Counted from the stretch's first letter, positions 29,015-39,133 are shown. The stretch: DNA of 64,000 nt from an uncultured bacterium (GCA_964399265.1 CAYNQF010000001.1:1195-65194), one strand, 5' to 3'. Made by a program: numbers and translations. The notes: generated by a model not told the origin, from the sequence alone.

Positions 29015-29941
29015 ATGGTGATAGACCTCCAGGATAAGCAGGGCGACCTCTTCCCCGAGATGCCACACGCGGGAGAGCATCAGATCGCCGACACGAACGG
29101 GGCGTACGACAGCAGCCCGGTCCCTCCCAACGTGCACCGTCTGGGGCGCCACGGCCGCATACGCGTCGGTACGTCCGGCTACAGCTTCGCCGACTGGATC
29201 GGCCCGTTCTATCCCCAGGGCACGCCCCGCAGCAAGATGCTCGACGAGTACGTCCGTCACTTCGACGTGGTCGAGATCAACTCGAGCTATTACCGGCTCC
29301 CGGACGCCAGGATGTTCGAGAGGATGGAAGAGAAGACACCGGACGGGTTCGAGTTCATCGTCAAGCTCTACAAGGGGATGACACACGAGATCGAGAGCGA
29401 CACGTCGATGTACCGTTCTCTGTCCGACGCGATCGCACCGCTTCGCGAGGCGCAGAAGTTCGGCGGGTATCTGGCGCAGTTTCCCTGGAAGTTCAAGAAC
29501 ACGCCGGAGGCGCAGGCCCACCTCGGCTTCCTGAGGGAGCACCTCGGTGGCGACTCGCTGTTCGTCGAGTTCAGGCACGACTCGTGGATGACGCCTGAGG
29601 TGTTCGAGTTCCTGCACTCCGAGGGGCTGGGGTACTGCTCGGTCGACGAGCCGAACCTGAAGGGCCTCATTCCCCCCGTGGCCCGCGCCACGACCGAGGA
29701 GGGTTACGTGCGGTTTCACGGTCGCAACTCCGTGAACTGGTGGGGGAAAGGCGGCGGAGACCGCTACGACTACGATTACAGCGACAGCGAACTCGGCGAG
29801 TGGGCGAAGAAGCTCGTCACCCTTGAGGACAAGGTCAAGAAGGTCTACGCTTTCTTCAACAACTGCCACGCGGGTCACGCCGCCAGGAACGCCGAGCTGA
29901 TGATCGAGATGCTCGGCAGCGAGCTGGGCGATCGGTGCTGA
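29015..29941 (+). CDS. DUF72 (YecE-like) family protein
   Basis: VGTSGYSFADW...FYP N-terminal signature. ATG 29015 after a GGAG-like RBS; the long upstream extension of the ORF is discounted. Confidence 0.75.
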   Translation: MVIDLQDKQGDLFPEMPHAGEHQIADTNGAYDSSPVPPNVHRLGRHGRIRVGTSGYSFADWIGPFYPQGTPRSKMLDEYVRHFDVVEINSSYYRLPDARMFERMEEKTPDGFEFIVKLYKGMTHEIESDTSMYRSLSDAIAPLREAQKFGGYLAQFPWKFKNTPEAQAHLGFLREHLGGDSLFVEFRHDSWMTPEVFEFLHSEGLGYCSVDEPNLKGLIPPVARATTEEGYVRFHGRNSVNWWGKGGGDRYDYDYSDSELGEWAKKLVTLEDKVKKVYAFFNNCHAGHAARNAELMIEMLGSELGDRC

Positions 29942-30014
29942 CGACCGCGCGCCACCGGAGAGCGCCGCCGGCGCCCTACGAATCCATGACGTTCGGGAGA
30001 CCGGGAGACCGCTG

Positions 30015-30404
30015 ATGGACCGGACGCGTCCTGATATGCTCGGATATTGCGGCATCTACTGCGGGCGGTGCGACATCCACGTCGCGTGCAAGACCGGAGA
30101 CACGGCCGGCCAGCAGGCGATCGCCGACTGGATAAACGAGCATCACGGTGCCAAATGCACGGCGGAGGAAATACGATGCAGCGGGTGCAAGGGGCCACTG
30201 GACGAACACTGGAGCGTGAGCTGCAAGGTCCGGTTGTGTGCCTCCGAGAGGGGCGTAACCACCTGCGTCGACTGCGGCGAGTATCCGGGTTGCGACACGC
30301 TCGAGACCTTCTACCGTGGAGGAGACTACGAGTCGGCCCGGAAGACCCTGGAGAGGATTCGGGAGATCGGATTGAACGCCTGGCTCGAGGAACAGGAGGG
30401 GTGA
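30015..30404 (+). CDS. DUF3795 Cys-rich domain protein
   Basis: CGIYCGRCDIH ... CSGCKG ... CVDCGEYPGC pattern. Confidence 0.75.
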   Translation: MDRTRPDMLGYCGIYCGRCDIHVACKTGDTAGQQAIADWINEHHGAKCTAEEIRCSGCKGPLDEHWSVSCKVRLCASERGVTTCVDCGEYPGCDTLETFYRGGDYESARKTLERIREIGLNAWLEEQEG

Positions 30405-30408
30405 CGAG

Positions 30409-31146
30409 GTGAACAGACGCCACCACATCGCGACGGCCATGGTGATGCTCGCGTCCCTCATGCTGCTCACGTGTATCACCGCGGAAGCGGACGACCAGAC
30501 GTCGAAGGGCCGCCCGGTCGTGCCGGGCTCCGTGCTCGACGCCCCTCCGGAGCATCCGTCGCCCGACGCTCACTATCTCATCTATCTGCACGGAGCCATA
30601 CTCGAGAGCGAGGGCCCCGACGCGGTGCACCCGCGCTTCGGCAGATACGAGTACTCGGCGATACTGGACTCGTTGGCCGTCAGGGGGCTCGTCGTCATAA
30701 GCCAACTGAGGGCGCAGGGCGCCGATCCGATCGATTACTCCAAGAGCACGGCGGAGTGGGTTAACACGATGATCCGCGAAGGTGTCCCGCCTGAGCACAT
30801 CACGGTCGCCGGTTTCTCGAAGGGCGGCGGCATAGCGATGGACATCTGCCGGCGCCTGTCCAACCCCGGCGTCAACTACGTCTTCATGGCGTGCTGTCCA
30901 AGGGCGATGCAGGACTGGCCCGAGGCCGACTACCGCGGGCGCATTCTCTCGATCTACGAAAAGAGCGACGATTTCGCCGGTTCCTGCCGAGAGGCCATTC
31001 TCGGCTCTGCCGACGCGCCGACTCCCGAGGGCATCGTGTTCAAGGAGATCGAGATAGACACCGGGCTCGAGCACGGCGCGTTCTACCGACCACGGCCCGT
31101 GTGGGTCGACCCGGTGGTCGGTTGGGCGATGTCGTCTCCCGAGTAG
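30409..31146 (+). CDS. secreted/membrane-anchored alpha/beta-hydrolase-like protein
   Basis: N-terminal hydrophobic segment. GFSKGG nucleophile elbow. GTG start 4 nt after the preceding stop, with a GGAGGGG RBS. Confidence 0.5.
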   Translation: MNRRHHIATAMVMLASLMLLTCITAEADDQTSKGRPVVPGSVLDAPPEHPSPDAHYLIYLHGAILESEGPDAVHPRFGRYEYSAILDSLAVRGLVVISQLRAQGADPIDYSKSTAEWVNTMIREGVPPEHITVAGFSKGGGIAMDICRRLSNPGVNYVFMACCPRAMQDWPEADYRGRILSIYEKSDDFAGSCREAILGSADAPTPEGIVFKEIEIDTGLEHGAFYRPRPVWVDPVVGWAMSSPE

Positions 31147-31151
31147 CGCTT

Positions 31152-33467
31152 ATGACCATCACCGATTTCCTCCAGAAGATACGGCACGACGGTTACTACG
31201 CCGGGCAGATCGCCCACGTGGAGACCGTTCCCTCCCGGGAGGCCGAGTACGGCGACCTCTCCGAGCCGCTCCCGGGACCGCTCGCCCGGGCGCTCGAGGC
31301 CGCCGGGATAGAGAGACTCTACTCCCATCAGGTGGACGCCATCGAGGCGGTCCGGCGGGGCAGGAACGTGGTCGTGGTGACCGGGACCGCTTCGGGGAAG
31401 ACGCTCTGCTACAACGTCCCCGTGCTCGAGCGTCTGCTCGCGAAGCCCTCGGCAAAGGCTCTCTACCTGTTCCCGACCAAGGCCCTGGCGCAGGATCAGG
31501 TCAAGTCGCTCACGAGGCTGGCCGGACTGGACACTGAGCTCATGGAGGTCGTCCGGACCGGCACGTACGACGGGGACACGACCCGCCACACGAGACGCAA
31601 GCTCCGCGACGAGGGGAACGTCATCCTCTCGAACCCGGACATGCTCCACGCCGGGATACTCCCATATCACGCCAAGTGGAACAGGTTCCTGAAGGACCTC
31701 GAGTACGTCGTCGTCGACGAGATACACACGTACCGCGGCATCTTCGGGTCGAACGTCGCGAACGTCCTCCGGAGGCTCAGGCGCGTGTGCGAGCACTACG
31801 GTTCGCACCCGCAGTTCATATGCTCGAGCGCGACGATCGCGAACCCGCGGGAGCTTGCGGAACGGCTGGTGGGTGAGCCGTTCGAGGTCGTAGACCGCGA
31901 CGGGAGCCCGCGTGGGACGAAGCACTTCGTGCTCTGGAACCCGCCGTACCTCGACGATACCAAAATGGAACGCAGAAGCTCCAACGTCGAGGGGCACTGG
32001 CTCATGTCCGAGCTGATCGCCGAGGGGTTCCAGACGATCGCCTTCGGCAGGGCTCGGGTCGTCGCGGAACTCATCTATCGCTACGCGAAGGACTCCCTGC
32101 GGAGACGGAAGCCCGAGTACGCGGAGAAGATCAAACCCTACAGGGGCGGCTACCTGCCCGAGGAACGGCGCGAGATCGAGAGGCAGCTCTTCTCGGGCGA
32201 ACTCATGGGGGTCGCCAGCACGAACGCCCTCGAGCTTGGCATCGACGTGGGTAGTCTGGACGCGGCGGTCATAGTCGGGTTTCCCGGCACGATAGCGAGC
32301 GTCTGGCAGCAGGCCGGACGGGCGGGACGCGCTTCCGACGAGTCGCTCGCGGTCCTGGTCGGATACAATGACCCCATCGACCAGTACCTCATGCGGCACG
32401 GGCGGTATTTCTTTATGCAGTCCCCCGAGAACGCGGTCATCGACCCCGGCAACAAGTATATTCTCGCGAACCACCTTCGCTGCGCGGCGTTCGAGCTTCC
32501 GCTCTCCGAGATGGACTACGACCTGTTCGGAGAGCTGGCGGAGCCGATCATTGACGTGCTCGACGAGGTGGAGGACCTGAACGAGATAGACGGGCGCCAC
32601 TACTGGGCGTCGACCGACTTCCCGGCGAGGGCGATGAACCTCAGGACCATCTCGGACAACACGTACACTATCGTAGACGTCGCTCGCGACAACGCGGTGA
32701 TCGGTGTGGTCGACGGTGTGTCCGCGCTCGAGCTGGTCTATCCGGAGGCCATCTACCTGCATGAGGGCGAGACCTACTTCGTCCGCGACCTCGACCTCGA
32801 GCAGAAGGTGGCCTACGTGGAGAAGAAGGAGGTCGACTACTACACCCAGCCGGTGTTGGAGTCGGCCATCCGGATCGGTGAGGCGACGGACTCCAGGGTG
32901 TGGAACGGGAACAACGTGTTCTTCGGCGACGCCACCGTCACCTGGGTGACGTCTGCGTTCAAGAAGATCAAGTTCTACCAGCTCGACTCCATCGGATGGT
33001 CGAATCTCGACCTGCCGCCGTTCCACCTGGAGACCAAGTCGCTCTGGGTGTCTCCCTCGAAAGAGGCGATGGACGCGGTCCGCTCCCAGGGACGCAATCC
33101 CGTCGAGGGACTGGTCGGAGTGCGCAACGTTGCGATATCGGTCCTGCCTCTCTTCTCGATGAGCGACCGCAGGGACGTGGGCGGTATCGTCGAGAGCGGC
33201 AACACCGGGAGCCCCACGATGTTCCTATACGACAGGTTCGAGGGCGGGCTCGGGTTCGTCGAGACGGGCTACCGCAACATCGGCGAGCTCCTGCGGGGGT
33301 GTCTCGACCTGGTCGAGGAGTGCGACTGCGAAGATGGATGTCCCTCGTGCGTCGGCCTGCCCATACTGAGGCCGCCCATTCAGCAGGACCCCGATGCGGG
33401 CGGCGCCTGGCCGATCCCGGACAAGGAGTCCGCGCGGCTGCTCCTCAGAGCGATGCTCGCGGCCTGA
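31152..33467 (+). CDS. mrfA: MrfA/YprA-like DEXH-box helicase with C-terminal DUF1998 zinc-Cys4 domain
   Basis: Walker A GTASGKT. DEIH box (VVDEIHTY). C-terminal CDCEDGCPSCVGLP. ATG lies 5 nt after the upstream stop. Confidence 0.8.
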   Translation: MTITDFLQKIRHDGYYAGQIAHVETVPSREAEYGDLSEPLPGPLARALEAAGIERLYSHQVDAIEAVRRGRNVVVVTGTASGKTLCYNVPVLERLLAKPSAKALYLFPTKALAQDQVKSLTRLAGLDTELMEVVRTGTYDGDTTRHTRRKLRDEGNVILSNPDMLHAGILPYHAKWNRFLKDLEYVVVDEIHTYRGIFGSNVANVLRRLRRVCEHYGSHPQFICSSATIANPRELAERLVGEPFEVVDRDGSPRGTKHFVLWNPPYLDDTKMERRSSNVEGHWLMSELIAEGFQTIAFGRARVVAELIYRYAKDSLRRRKPEYAEKIKPYRGGYLPEERREIERQLFSGELMGVASTNALELGIDVGSLDAAVIVGFPGTIASVWQQAGRAGRASDESLAVLVGYNDPIDQYLMRHGRYFFMQSPENAVIDPGNKYILANHLRCAAFELPLSEMDYDLFGELAEPIIDVLDEVEDLNEIDGRHYWASTDFPARAMNLRTISDNTYTIVDVARDNAVIGVVDGVSALELVYPEAIYLHEGETYFVRDLDLEQKVAYVEKKEVDYYTQPVLESAIRIGEATDSRVWNGNNVFFGDATVTWVTSAFKKIKFYQLDSIGWSNLDLPPFHLETKSLWVSPSKEAMDAVRSQGRNPVEGLVGVRNVAISVLPLFSMSDRRDVGGIVESGNTGSPTMFLYDRFEGGLGFVETGYRNIGELLRGCLDLVEECDCEDGCPSCVGLPILRPPIQQDPDAGGAWPIPDKESARLLLRAMLAA

Positions 33468-33553
33468 GTGCTTTTGCCTACGGTGCGGCCGTTCGGGGGC
33501 GTATAGTGGAGCGGAGAGGCATAGCAGGGAGCGGCACGGACGGGAGGACACAC

Positions 33554-34237
33554 GTGGAGTGGTTCAGGGATGACGTGGGGGACGGGGTGATAGCGGAGCA
33601 CGCGGTGGTCGGGTTCGCCTCCGCCAACTGCTACATAGTGGCCGACGAGAGGACCCGCGAGGCGGTCATTGTCGACCCGGGCGCCGACAGGCCCGAGGAG
33701 GTCGAGGGCATCGTTGCCGAGGTCAAGCGCCTTGGCCTCAGCCTGCGGTACATCCTGAACACACACGGCCATCCCGACCACATGTGGGGCAACGATCTGG
33801 TCAAGAGCGAACTGGGGGGCCAGGTGGTCATCCACGAGCTTGACGGGATGAAACTCACCGACCCTGACAGAAATAGCTCGACCCTCTTCGGCATGTCCGT
33901 CCGCGTGCGTCCCGCCGACAGGTTGGTGCGCGACGGCGACTCTGTCGACATCGGTGACGTCAAACTCAAGGTACTGCACACGCCGGGTCACAGCTCGGGT
34001 GGCGCCGCCTTCCTCGGCGACGGCTTCGTGCTGACCGGGGACACGCTCTTCGCCGGGTCGATAGGCCGGTCCGATCTGCCATGCTCGAGCGAGGACTCAA
34101 CGATAGCCTACGAGGTCCTCCTCGAATCGATAGGCAACAAGCTTCTTACGCTGCCCGACGAGACCCGTGTGCTGCCGGGCCACGGCCCCACGACCACGAT
34201 CGGCATCGAGCGCAGGACCAACCCCTTCCTGAGGTAG
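33554..34237 (+). CDS. MBL-fold metallo-hydrolase (glyoxalase II-like)
   Basis: THGHPDH motif plus downstream His/Asp ligands (HTPGHS, GD). GTG 33554 with a GGGAGGA RBS; the start is uncertain. Confidence 0.7.
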   Translation: MEWFRDDVGDGVIAEHAVVGFASANCYIVADERTREAVIVDPGADRPEEVEGIVAEVKRLGLSLRYILNTHGHPDHMWGNDLVKSELGGQVVIHELDGMKLTDPDRNSSTLFGMSVRVRPADRLVRDGDSVDIGDVKLKVLHTPGHSSGGAAFLGDGFVLTGDTLFAGSIGRSDLPCSSEDSTIAYEVLLESIGNKLLTLPDETRVLPGHGPTTTIGIERRTNPFLR

Positions 34238-34245
34238 CCCGGGGA

Positions 34246-35271
34246 ATGGAACTCAGGTACGAGGTCATAGAGCTGGTGCCGCGGTTCGTGTTCAGGACCG
34301 CGCGCACCACGAGCGCCTCGAGCGAGAGCGTCGTGGTTAAGCTCTCGGACGGGGAGCTGACCGGACTGGGGGAGGCGGCGCCGTCCAGGTTCTACGGCGA
34401 GACGACCGATACGGTCGTGGCCTATCTCGAACGGATGCGCCCCGCCGTCGAGCACTCCGTGCACGAGTCGGAGCTGATGTCGTACCTGACGTCGCGCGGA
34501 GGTCACTCGGACCCTGCTGCCCGCGCCTCGCTCGAGATCGCGGCTCATGACATGATGGGGAAACGCTACGGCGTCCCTCTGTGGAAGCACTTCGGCCTCG
34601 ACCCGGAACGAACGCCGGTGACGACGATCACCATCGGGATCGACGAGCCCGACGTCATGCTGGAGAAGGCGCTCGAGGCGAAGGGATATCCGCTCCTCAA
34701 GATCAAGCTCAACGCGGACACCGACCTGTCGATCGTCGAACGGATCAAGAAGGCCACCGGCGCGCGCTTGACCGTGGACGCCAACTGCGGATGGGACGTC
34801 GACAGCGCGATACGGAACGTCGCCGAACTTGCCCGGTTCGGCGTCGAGTTCGTGGAGCAGCCGGTCAAAGCGGACGACATCGAGGGACTGCGCCGCGTGA
34901 AGGAACGCTCGACGATACCTGTCTTCGCGGACGAGAGCTGCCCCACGAGCAGAGACGTATCGGCCGTCGCGCGGGCCGTGGACGGCGTCGTCATCAAGCT
35001 CATGAAGTGCGGCGGGTTCGTCGACGCCGTGGCTATGGCCGGCGAGGCCAGGCGACACGGTCTCGAAACCATGATCGGCAGCATGCTGGAGAGTTCCATC
35101 TCGATCACCGCCGCGGCGCACATCTCGCCGCTCATGGACTACGCGGACCTGGACAGCGTCTTCCTGCTGTCGAACGACCCCTATTCCGGGATGAAGATAG
35201 ACCACGGGCGGATTGTGCTCCCCGAGGGGCCGGGATTGGGCGTGAGCCCCGCCGAGGCCCGGGTTGCCTGA
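34246..35271 (+). CDS. enolase-superfamily enzyme (dipeptide epimerase / MR-MLE-like)
   Basis: KIKL lysine pair. Metal ligands D..E..D (TVDANCGW, EQP, ADES). N-terminal capping domain present. Confidence 0.75.
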   Translation: MELRYEVIELVPRFVFRTARTTSASSESVVVKLSDGELTGLGEAAPSRFYGETTDTVVAYLERMRPAVEHSVHESELMSYLTSRGGHSDPAARASLEIAAHDMMGKRYGVPLWKHFGLDPERTPVTTITIGIDEPDVMLEKALEAKGYPLLKIKLNADTDLSIVERIKKATGARLTVDANCGWDVDSAIRNVAELARFGVEFVEQPVKADDIEGLRRVKERSTIPVFADESCPTSRDVSAVARAVDGVVIKLMKCGGFVDAVAMAGEARRHGLETMIGSMLESSISITAAAHISPLMDYADLDSVFLLSNDPYSGMKIDHGRIVLPEGPGLGVSPAEARVA

Positions 35272-35301
35272 CGCCGTGAGGCTGACGCCGGAGGTGTGCA
35301 C

Positions 35302-38106
35302 ATGAGGACCGCCAAGGCCTCGTTCCTGCTGTTCCTGATCTCCCTGCTCGCGCTCGCTTCGTGTTCGACCCACGAGGAGTTCGTCGAGAGAAAGCTCGCC
35401 AGGGCCGACGAACTCGCCAAGCGACGGGACTACGCCGCCGCTCAGTCGCTCCTCGACTCAGCGCTGGACAGGTCGCCCGATGATGTCCGCCTTGCGCTCG
35501 GCAAGGCTGACATCCACATGATGGCACACGAGTACGACCGAGCCCAGGCCTGGTACAACGAGGCCATGGCCATCGACGACCGCAGTCTCGACGCCGTCGT
35601 CGGCAGGTGGGAGGCCATGCACGAGGCCGATCCCGACAGCGCCGTCTCGGCCGGGATCCTCGCCGAGGCGGACGCCCTTCTGGGCGTCGCCCCCGACAGC
35701 CTGTTCAATCTCTCCGCCTTCGTCGAGGCCTACTACATGCTGGACCGGTTGGACGACGTTGGCGACGAGGCCCGACTCCTGACAACGCTCTATCCCAAGA
35801 GCAAGTTCGCCGACGAGCTGATCAAGGAGGACATCGACTGGATAGGTGTGGAGCGCGACGACCAGACCAGGCTCGAAATGGCCAACGCTTTCCTCGAGGA
35901 CTATCCCGAGACCAGATGGCGGCCTCGTGCCCTCATGCTCAAGCTCGTTTCACTTCGGAGGCTCGGGAGGAACGACGAGGTGCTCGATGCCTGCCGGGAG
36001 TGGACGGCGGCGAACCCCGACGACCCCGAGGTCCTGAACGTCGCGGCGACCGAGATGGTGGCGGTCCGCAAGGCACCCGACGAGGCCGCCGCGCTGGCGC
36101 GGAGAGCCATAGAGCTTACGCTCAAGGATTGGTCCGAGGGTACGGAGGAGTCGCGGGAGGATTCGGAGGAGGCAGGCTACGGCGACGGAGAGCCGGGCGA
36201 GGGCGGAGCGGCGGAGAGGACGTCCGGCGACCCCTCTCACGACCAGGAACAGGATCTGGCGGGGTACTACCTCACGCTCTCGCGGGCACTCGTGCTCGCC
36301 CGCGACTTCCCGTCAGCGCTTCAGGCCGCGCGAGACGGGCTCGGAGTGCTCGACACGGGGCCCGACGAGGAAGAGACGGGCTCCGCGTGGCAGTTCGTGG
36401 CGGGGCAGGCGCTGGAGGGGCTCGTGAGTTACGAGGCCGCGTTCGACTCATACCTGGAAGCGATCATCGTCGGAGGGCGGCAGGACCGCTGGCCGGCAAG
36501 GGCGGACACGGCGATACGCGCGCTCTACGACCAGAGGTTCGCCGCGCGTTCGGGAGGGGCGCCGCTCGTCGAGTTCGCACGCGAGCGTCTGGAGTACGCG
36601 GGTCCGGTGTTCACGGACGTGACTGACGCCGTGGGCCTGTCCGGGCGCAACGAGTCGAGAATAGCGTGGGGCGACTACGACGGCGACGGCTACGAGGACC
36701 TTCTTCTGTCGGGCCGCGTGCTCATGAAGAACATGAGAGGCTCCGGGTTCGTGGATGTCACCGATGAGGCCGGAATAGGCGGGAGCGGGGCGAATGGTGG
36801 CGTCTGGGCCGACATCGACAACGACGGCGACCTCGACATGTACGCCACGTCCGGAGCCACCGAGGGGGACAAGACCGACAGGCTCTGGCGCAACGAGGGT
36901 GACGGCACGTTCGTCGACGTCACCGTGTCGGCCGGAGACGTCACCGACCACTACACGACCGAGGGAGCCGGGTGGGGCGACTTCAACTCCGATGGATACG
37001 TCGATCTCTACCTCGCCAGCTACGAGCGCCCACGCACCGAGACGTTTCAGGAATACGGCGTCGGCTACCCTGACATACTGTATGCGAACCGGGGCGACGG
37101 GACGTTTCACGACGTGACCCATACGATGGGGATCGTTCCGCCGTTCGGGAAGGACCTGTGCGGCCGTGGAGTCAACTGGGGCGACTACGACAACGACGGA
37201 GACCTGGACATCTACGTTTCCAATTACAGACTTCAGGAGAACTTCCTGTGGAGAAACGAGGGTGGCGCCGGGTTCGTCGACGTGGCGCCGCAGCTCGGCG
37301 TCTCCGGCAACGAGACCGACGGCTGGTGGGGCCACACGATCGGCTCGGAGTGGGGAGACATGGACAACGATGGCGACCTCGACCTCTTCTGCGCCAACCT
37401 GGCTCATCCACGCTACATAGAGGTATCGGACAAGTCCATGCTCTACAGGAACATGGTCGGGCGCGACGGTCGGTTCCACGGAGACTCTTTCATCGAGCGC
37501 AGAGCCGAGGCCGGCATCAAGTACGCCGAGACGCACTCGGACCCGTCGTGGGGCGACGTCGATAACGACGGCGACCTCGACCTGTTCATCACGTCCATAT
37601 ACCCTAACTGCGCGACCTTCCTCTACCTGAACGACGGCCACGGCGACTTCGCGGACGCGACGTGGCTGGCGGGCGTGAGGTCGTTCAACGGGTGGGGCGC
37701 CGCGATGTGTGACTACGACCACGACGGCGACCTCGACATAGGCGTGGCCAGCGCGTCCGGCTTCCACCTGTTCAGGAACGACGGTCTGGCGGCAGCAGCG
37801 GGCGGCGTGGAGAGCCACTGGCTCGAGGTGAAGTGCGTGGGGAGCCGCTCCAACGCGGCCGGCATCGGAGCGCGGGTGGTCGCGCGTTCGGGGCGAACCA
37901 CGCAATTGCGCGAGATAGAAGGGGGCAAGGGCACCACGAGCCAGCACGCCATGATCGCCCACTTCGGTCTTGGCGGAAGGGGCGGGCCGGTCGGTCTTGA
38001 GGTCAGGTTCCTGGGTGGGGCGACGGTCGTGCTAGAGGACGTCGCCGTCGACAGGTTGGTGACCATCGTCGAGCCGCTCGAAGCGGGGGACGGGGATTCG
38101 AAGTGA
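35302..38106 (+). CDS. secreted TPR + FG-GAP/VCBS repeat + ASPIC/UnbV (CRTAC1-family) protein
   Basis: Signal peptide, then N-terminal TPR-like helices, then multiple DxDGDGxxD FG-GAP repeats, then C-terminal ASPIC/UnbV (HFGLGG...VEVRF). GGAGGTG RBS; the start is ATG 35302 or GTG 35296. Confidence 0.7.
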   Translation: MRTAKASFLLFLISLLALASCSTHEEFVERKLARADELAKRRDYAAAQSLLDSALDRSPDDVRLALGKADIHMMAHEYDRAQAWYNEAMAIDDRSLDAVVGRWEAMHEADPDSAVSAGILAEADALLGVAPDSLFNLSAFVEAYYMLDRLDDVGDEARLLTTLYPKSKFADELIKEDIDWIGVERDDQTRLEMANAFLEDYPETRWRPRALMLKLVSLRRLGRNDEVLDACREWTAANPDDPEVLNVAATEMVAVRKAPDEAAALARRAIELTLKDWSEGTEESREDSEEAGYGDGEPGEGGAAERTSGDPSHDQEQDLAGYYLTLSRALVLARDFPSALQAARDGLGVLDTGPDEEETGSAWQFVAGQALEGLVSYEAAFDSYLEAIIVGGRQDRWPARADTAIRALYDQRFAARSGGAPLVEFARERLEYAGPVFTDVTDAVGLSGRNESRIAWGDYDGDGYEDLLLSGRVLMKNMRGSGFVDVTDEAGIGGSGANGGVWADIDNDGDLDMYATSGATEGDKTDRLWRNEGDGTFVDVTVSAGDVTDHYTTEGAGWGDFNSDGYVDLYLASYERPRTETFQEYGVGYPDILYANRGDGTFHDVTHTMGIVPPFGKDLCGRGVNWGDYDNDGDLDIYVSNYRLQENFLWRNEGGAGFVDVAPQLGVSGNETDGWWGHTIGSEWGDMDNDGDLDLFCANLAHPRYIEVSDKSMLYRNMVGRDGRFHGDSFIERRAEAGIKYAETHSDPSWGDVDNDGDLDLFITSIYPNCATFLYLNDGHGDFADATWLAGVRSFNGWGAAMCDYDHDGDLDIGVASASGFHLFRNDGLAAAAGGVESHWLEVKCVGSRSNAAGIGARVVARSGRTTQLREIEGGKGTTSQHAMIAHFGLGGRGGPVGLEVRFLGGATVVLEDVAVDRLVTIVEPLEAGDGDSK

Positions 38107-38921
38107 GCGCGGACACCGATGCAAGAGAGCGCGACGACGATCTCCGGAAGCGGCTTCACCGGCTGGGAGACGCGCCACGAGTGACGAAGCTCCGCGCCCG
38201 CAGCCGCCCCGCGGCGCTCGAGGACATGGACGGCGTGGTAGAGCGCGACGGCGTCCTCGTCGTGGAGCGCAGCGTCACGTCGCTGATGTCGCAACGCGCC
38301 AGCCGCGCCATCCTGGAGAGGACGGCGCGGGCACGGCGCGAGGCGGAACGCCGCGACGACGTCGACGAGGAGGTCAGGAATCTCCTCCTGAATCCGGGCG
38401 GCGCGCTCTTTCTGGACACGGAGACCACCGGACTCGGCAGCGCCATGGTATTCATGCTCGGTTCGATGCGCATCACCGATTCGGACATGGTCGTGAGGCA
38501 GGTGTTCGCTCGCGACTACTCCGAGGAGAGGGCACTGATTGACGCATGGACGGGGATGCTCGGCGGCGCGGACATGCTCGTCTCGTTCAACGGGAAATCG
38601 TTCGACCTCCCGGTGCTCCGGGACAGGGTCGGATACCACGGTCTCGATGTCGTTGATGAGCCCGCGCACCTCGATCTGCTCCACGTGTCGCGCCGCAGGT
38701 GGAAGGACGTGCTGCCCGATTGCCGGCTTCAGACGCTCGAGTGGAACGTCTGCCGCCGCAGGAGGACCGGCGACATCCCCGGCGAGGAGATACCGGCGGC
38801 CTATCACAGGTTCGTTCGCACCGGTGACCCGAGCGACATGCTCGCCGTCTTCCACCACAACGCGCTCGATCTGGTGACTCTGGCCGACATCGCGGCCGCG
38901 CTGGCCGCGCCCGCGGAGTGA
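38103..38921 (+). CDS. mrfB: MrfB/YprB-like RNase-H-fold 3'-5' exonuclease
   Basis: FLDTETTGLG, FNGKSFDLPVL, HLDLLHVSRRRW and HHNALDLVTL blocks are collinear with B. subtilis YprB. GTG start overlaps the preceding stop (GTGA). Confidence 0.75.
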   Translation: MSADTDARERDDDLRKRLHRLGDAPRVTKLRARSRPAALEDMDGVVERDGVLVVERSVTSLMSQRASRAILERTARARREAERRDDVDEEVRNLLLNPGGALFLDTETTGLGSAMVFMLGSMRITDSDMVVRQVFARDYSEERALIDAWTGMLGGADMLVSFNGKSFDLPVLRDRVGYHGLDVVDEPAHLDLLHVSRRRWKDVLPDCRLQTLEWNVCRRRRTGDIPGEEIPAAYHRFVRTGDPSDMLAVFHHNALDLVTLADIAAALAAPAE

Positions 38922-39133
38922 CCGGGCGGTCCGGCTCGCGAGTCGAAGCCCTGCGGAGGGCGGGACAAAGCCTGCGACAGAGCGGAGTTGTCGCCGTCAG
39001 AAATGAATGTGCACAACTCGTGGACAAGGTCGTGCGTAAGCGGTTGACTGCTTCTGACGGACGGTGGGTAACCTTCTGAGTCGTTGCAGCGTGCGGCCGC
39101 ACTCTCCGAACACACAACCCGGGAGGAGCTCGA

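Noticed and set aside
31083-33026. 647-aa minus-strand ORF
   Set aside because: Antisense to the well-supported MrfA-like helicase. Shadow ORF.
36448-37962. 504-aa minus-strand ORF
   Set aside because: Antisense to the FG-GAP/ASPIC gene, whose repeats give clear homology on the + strand.
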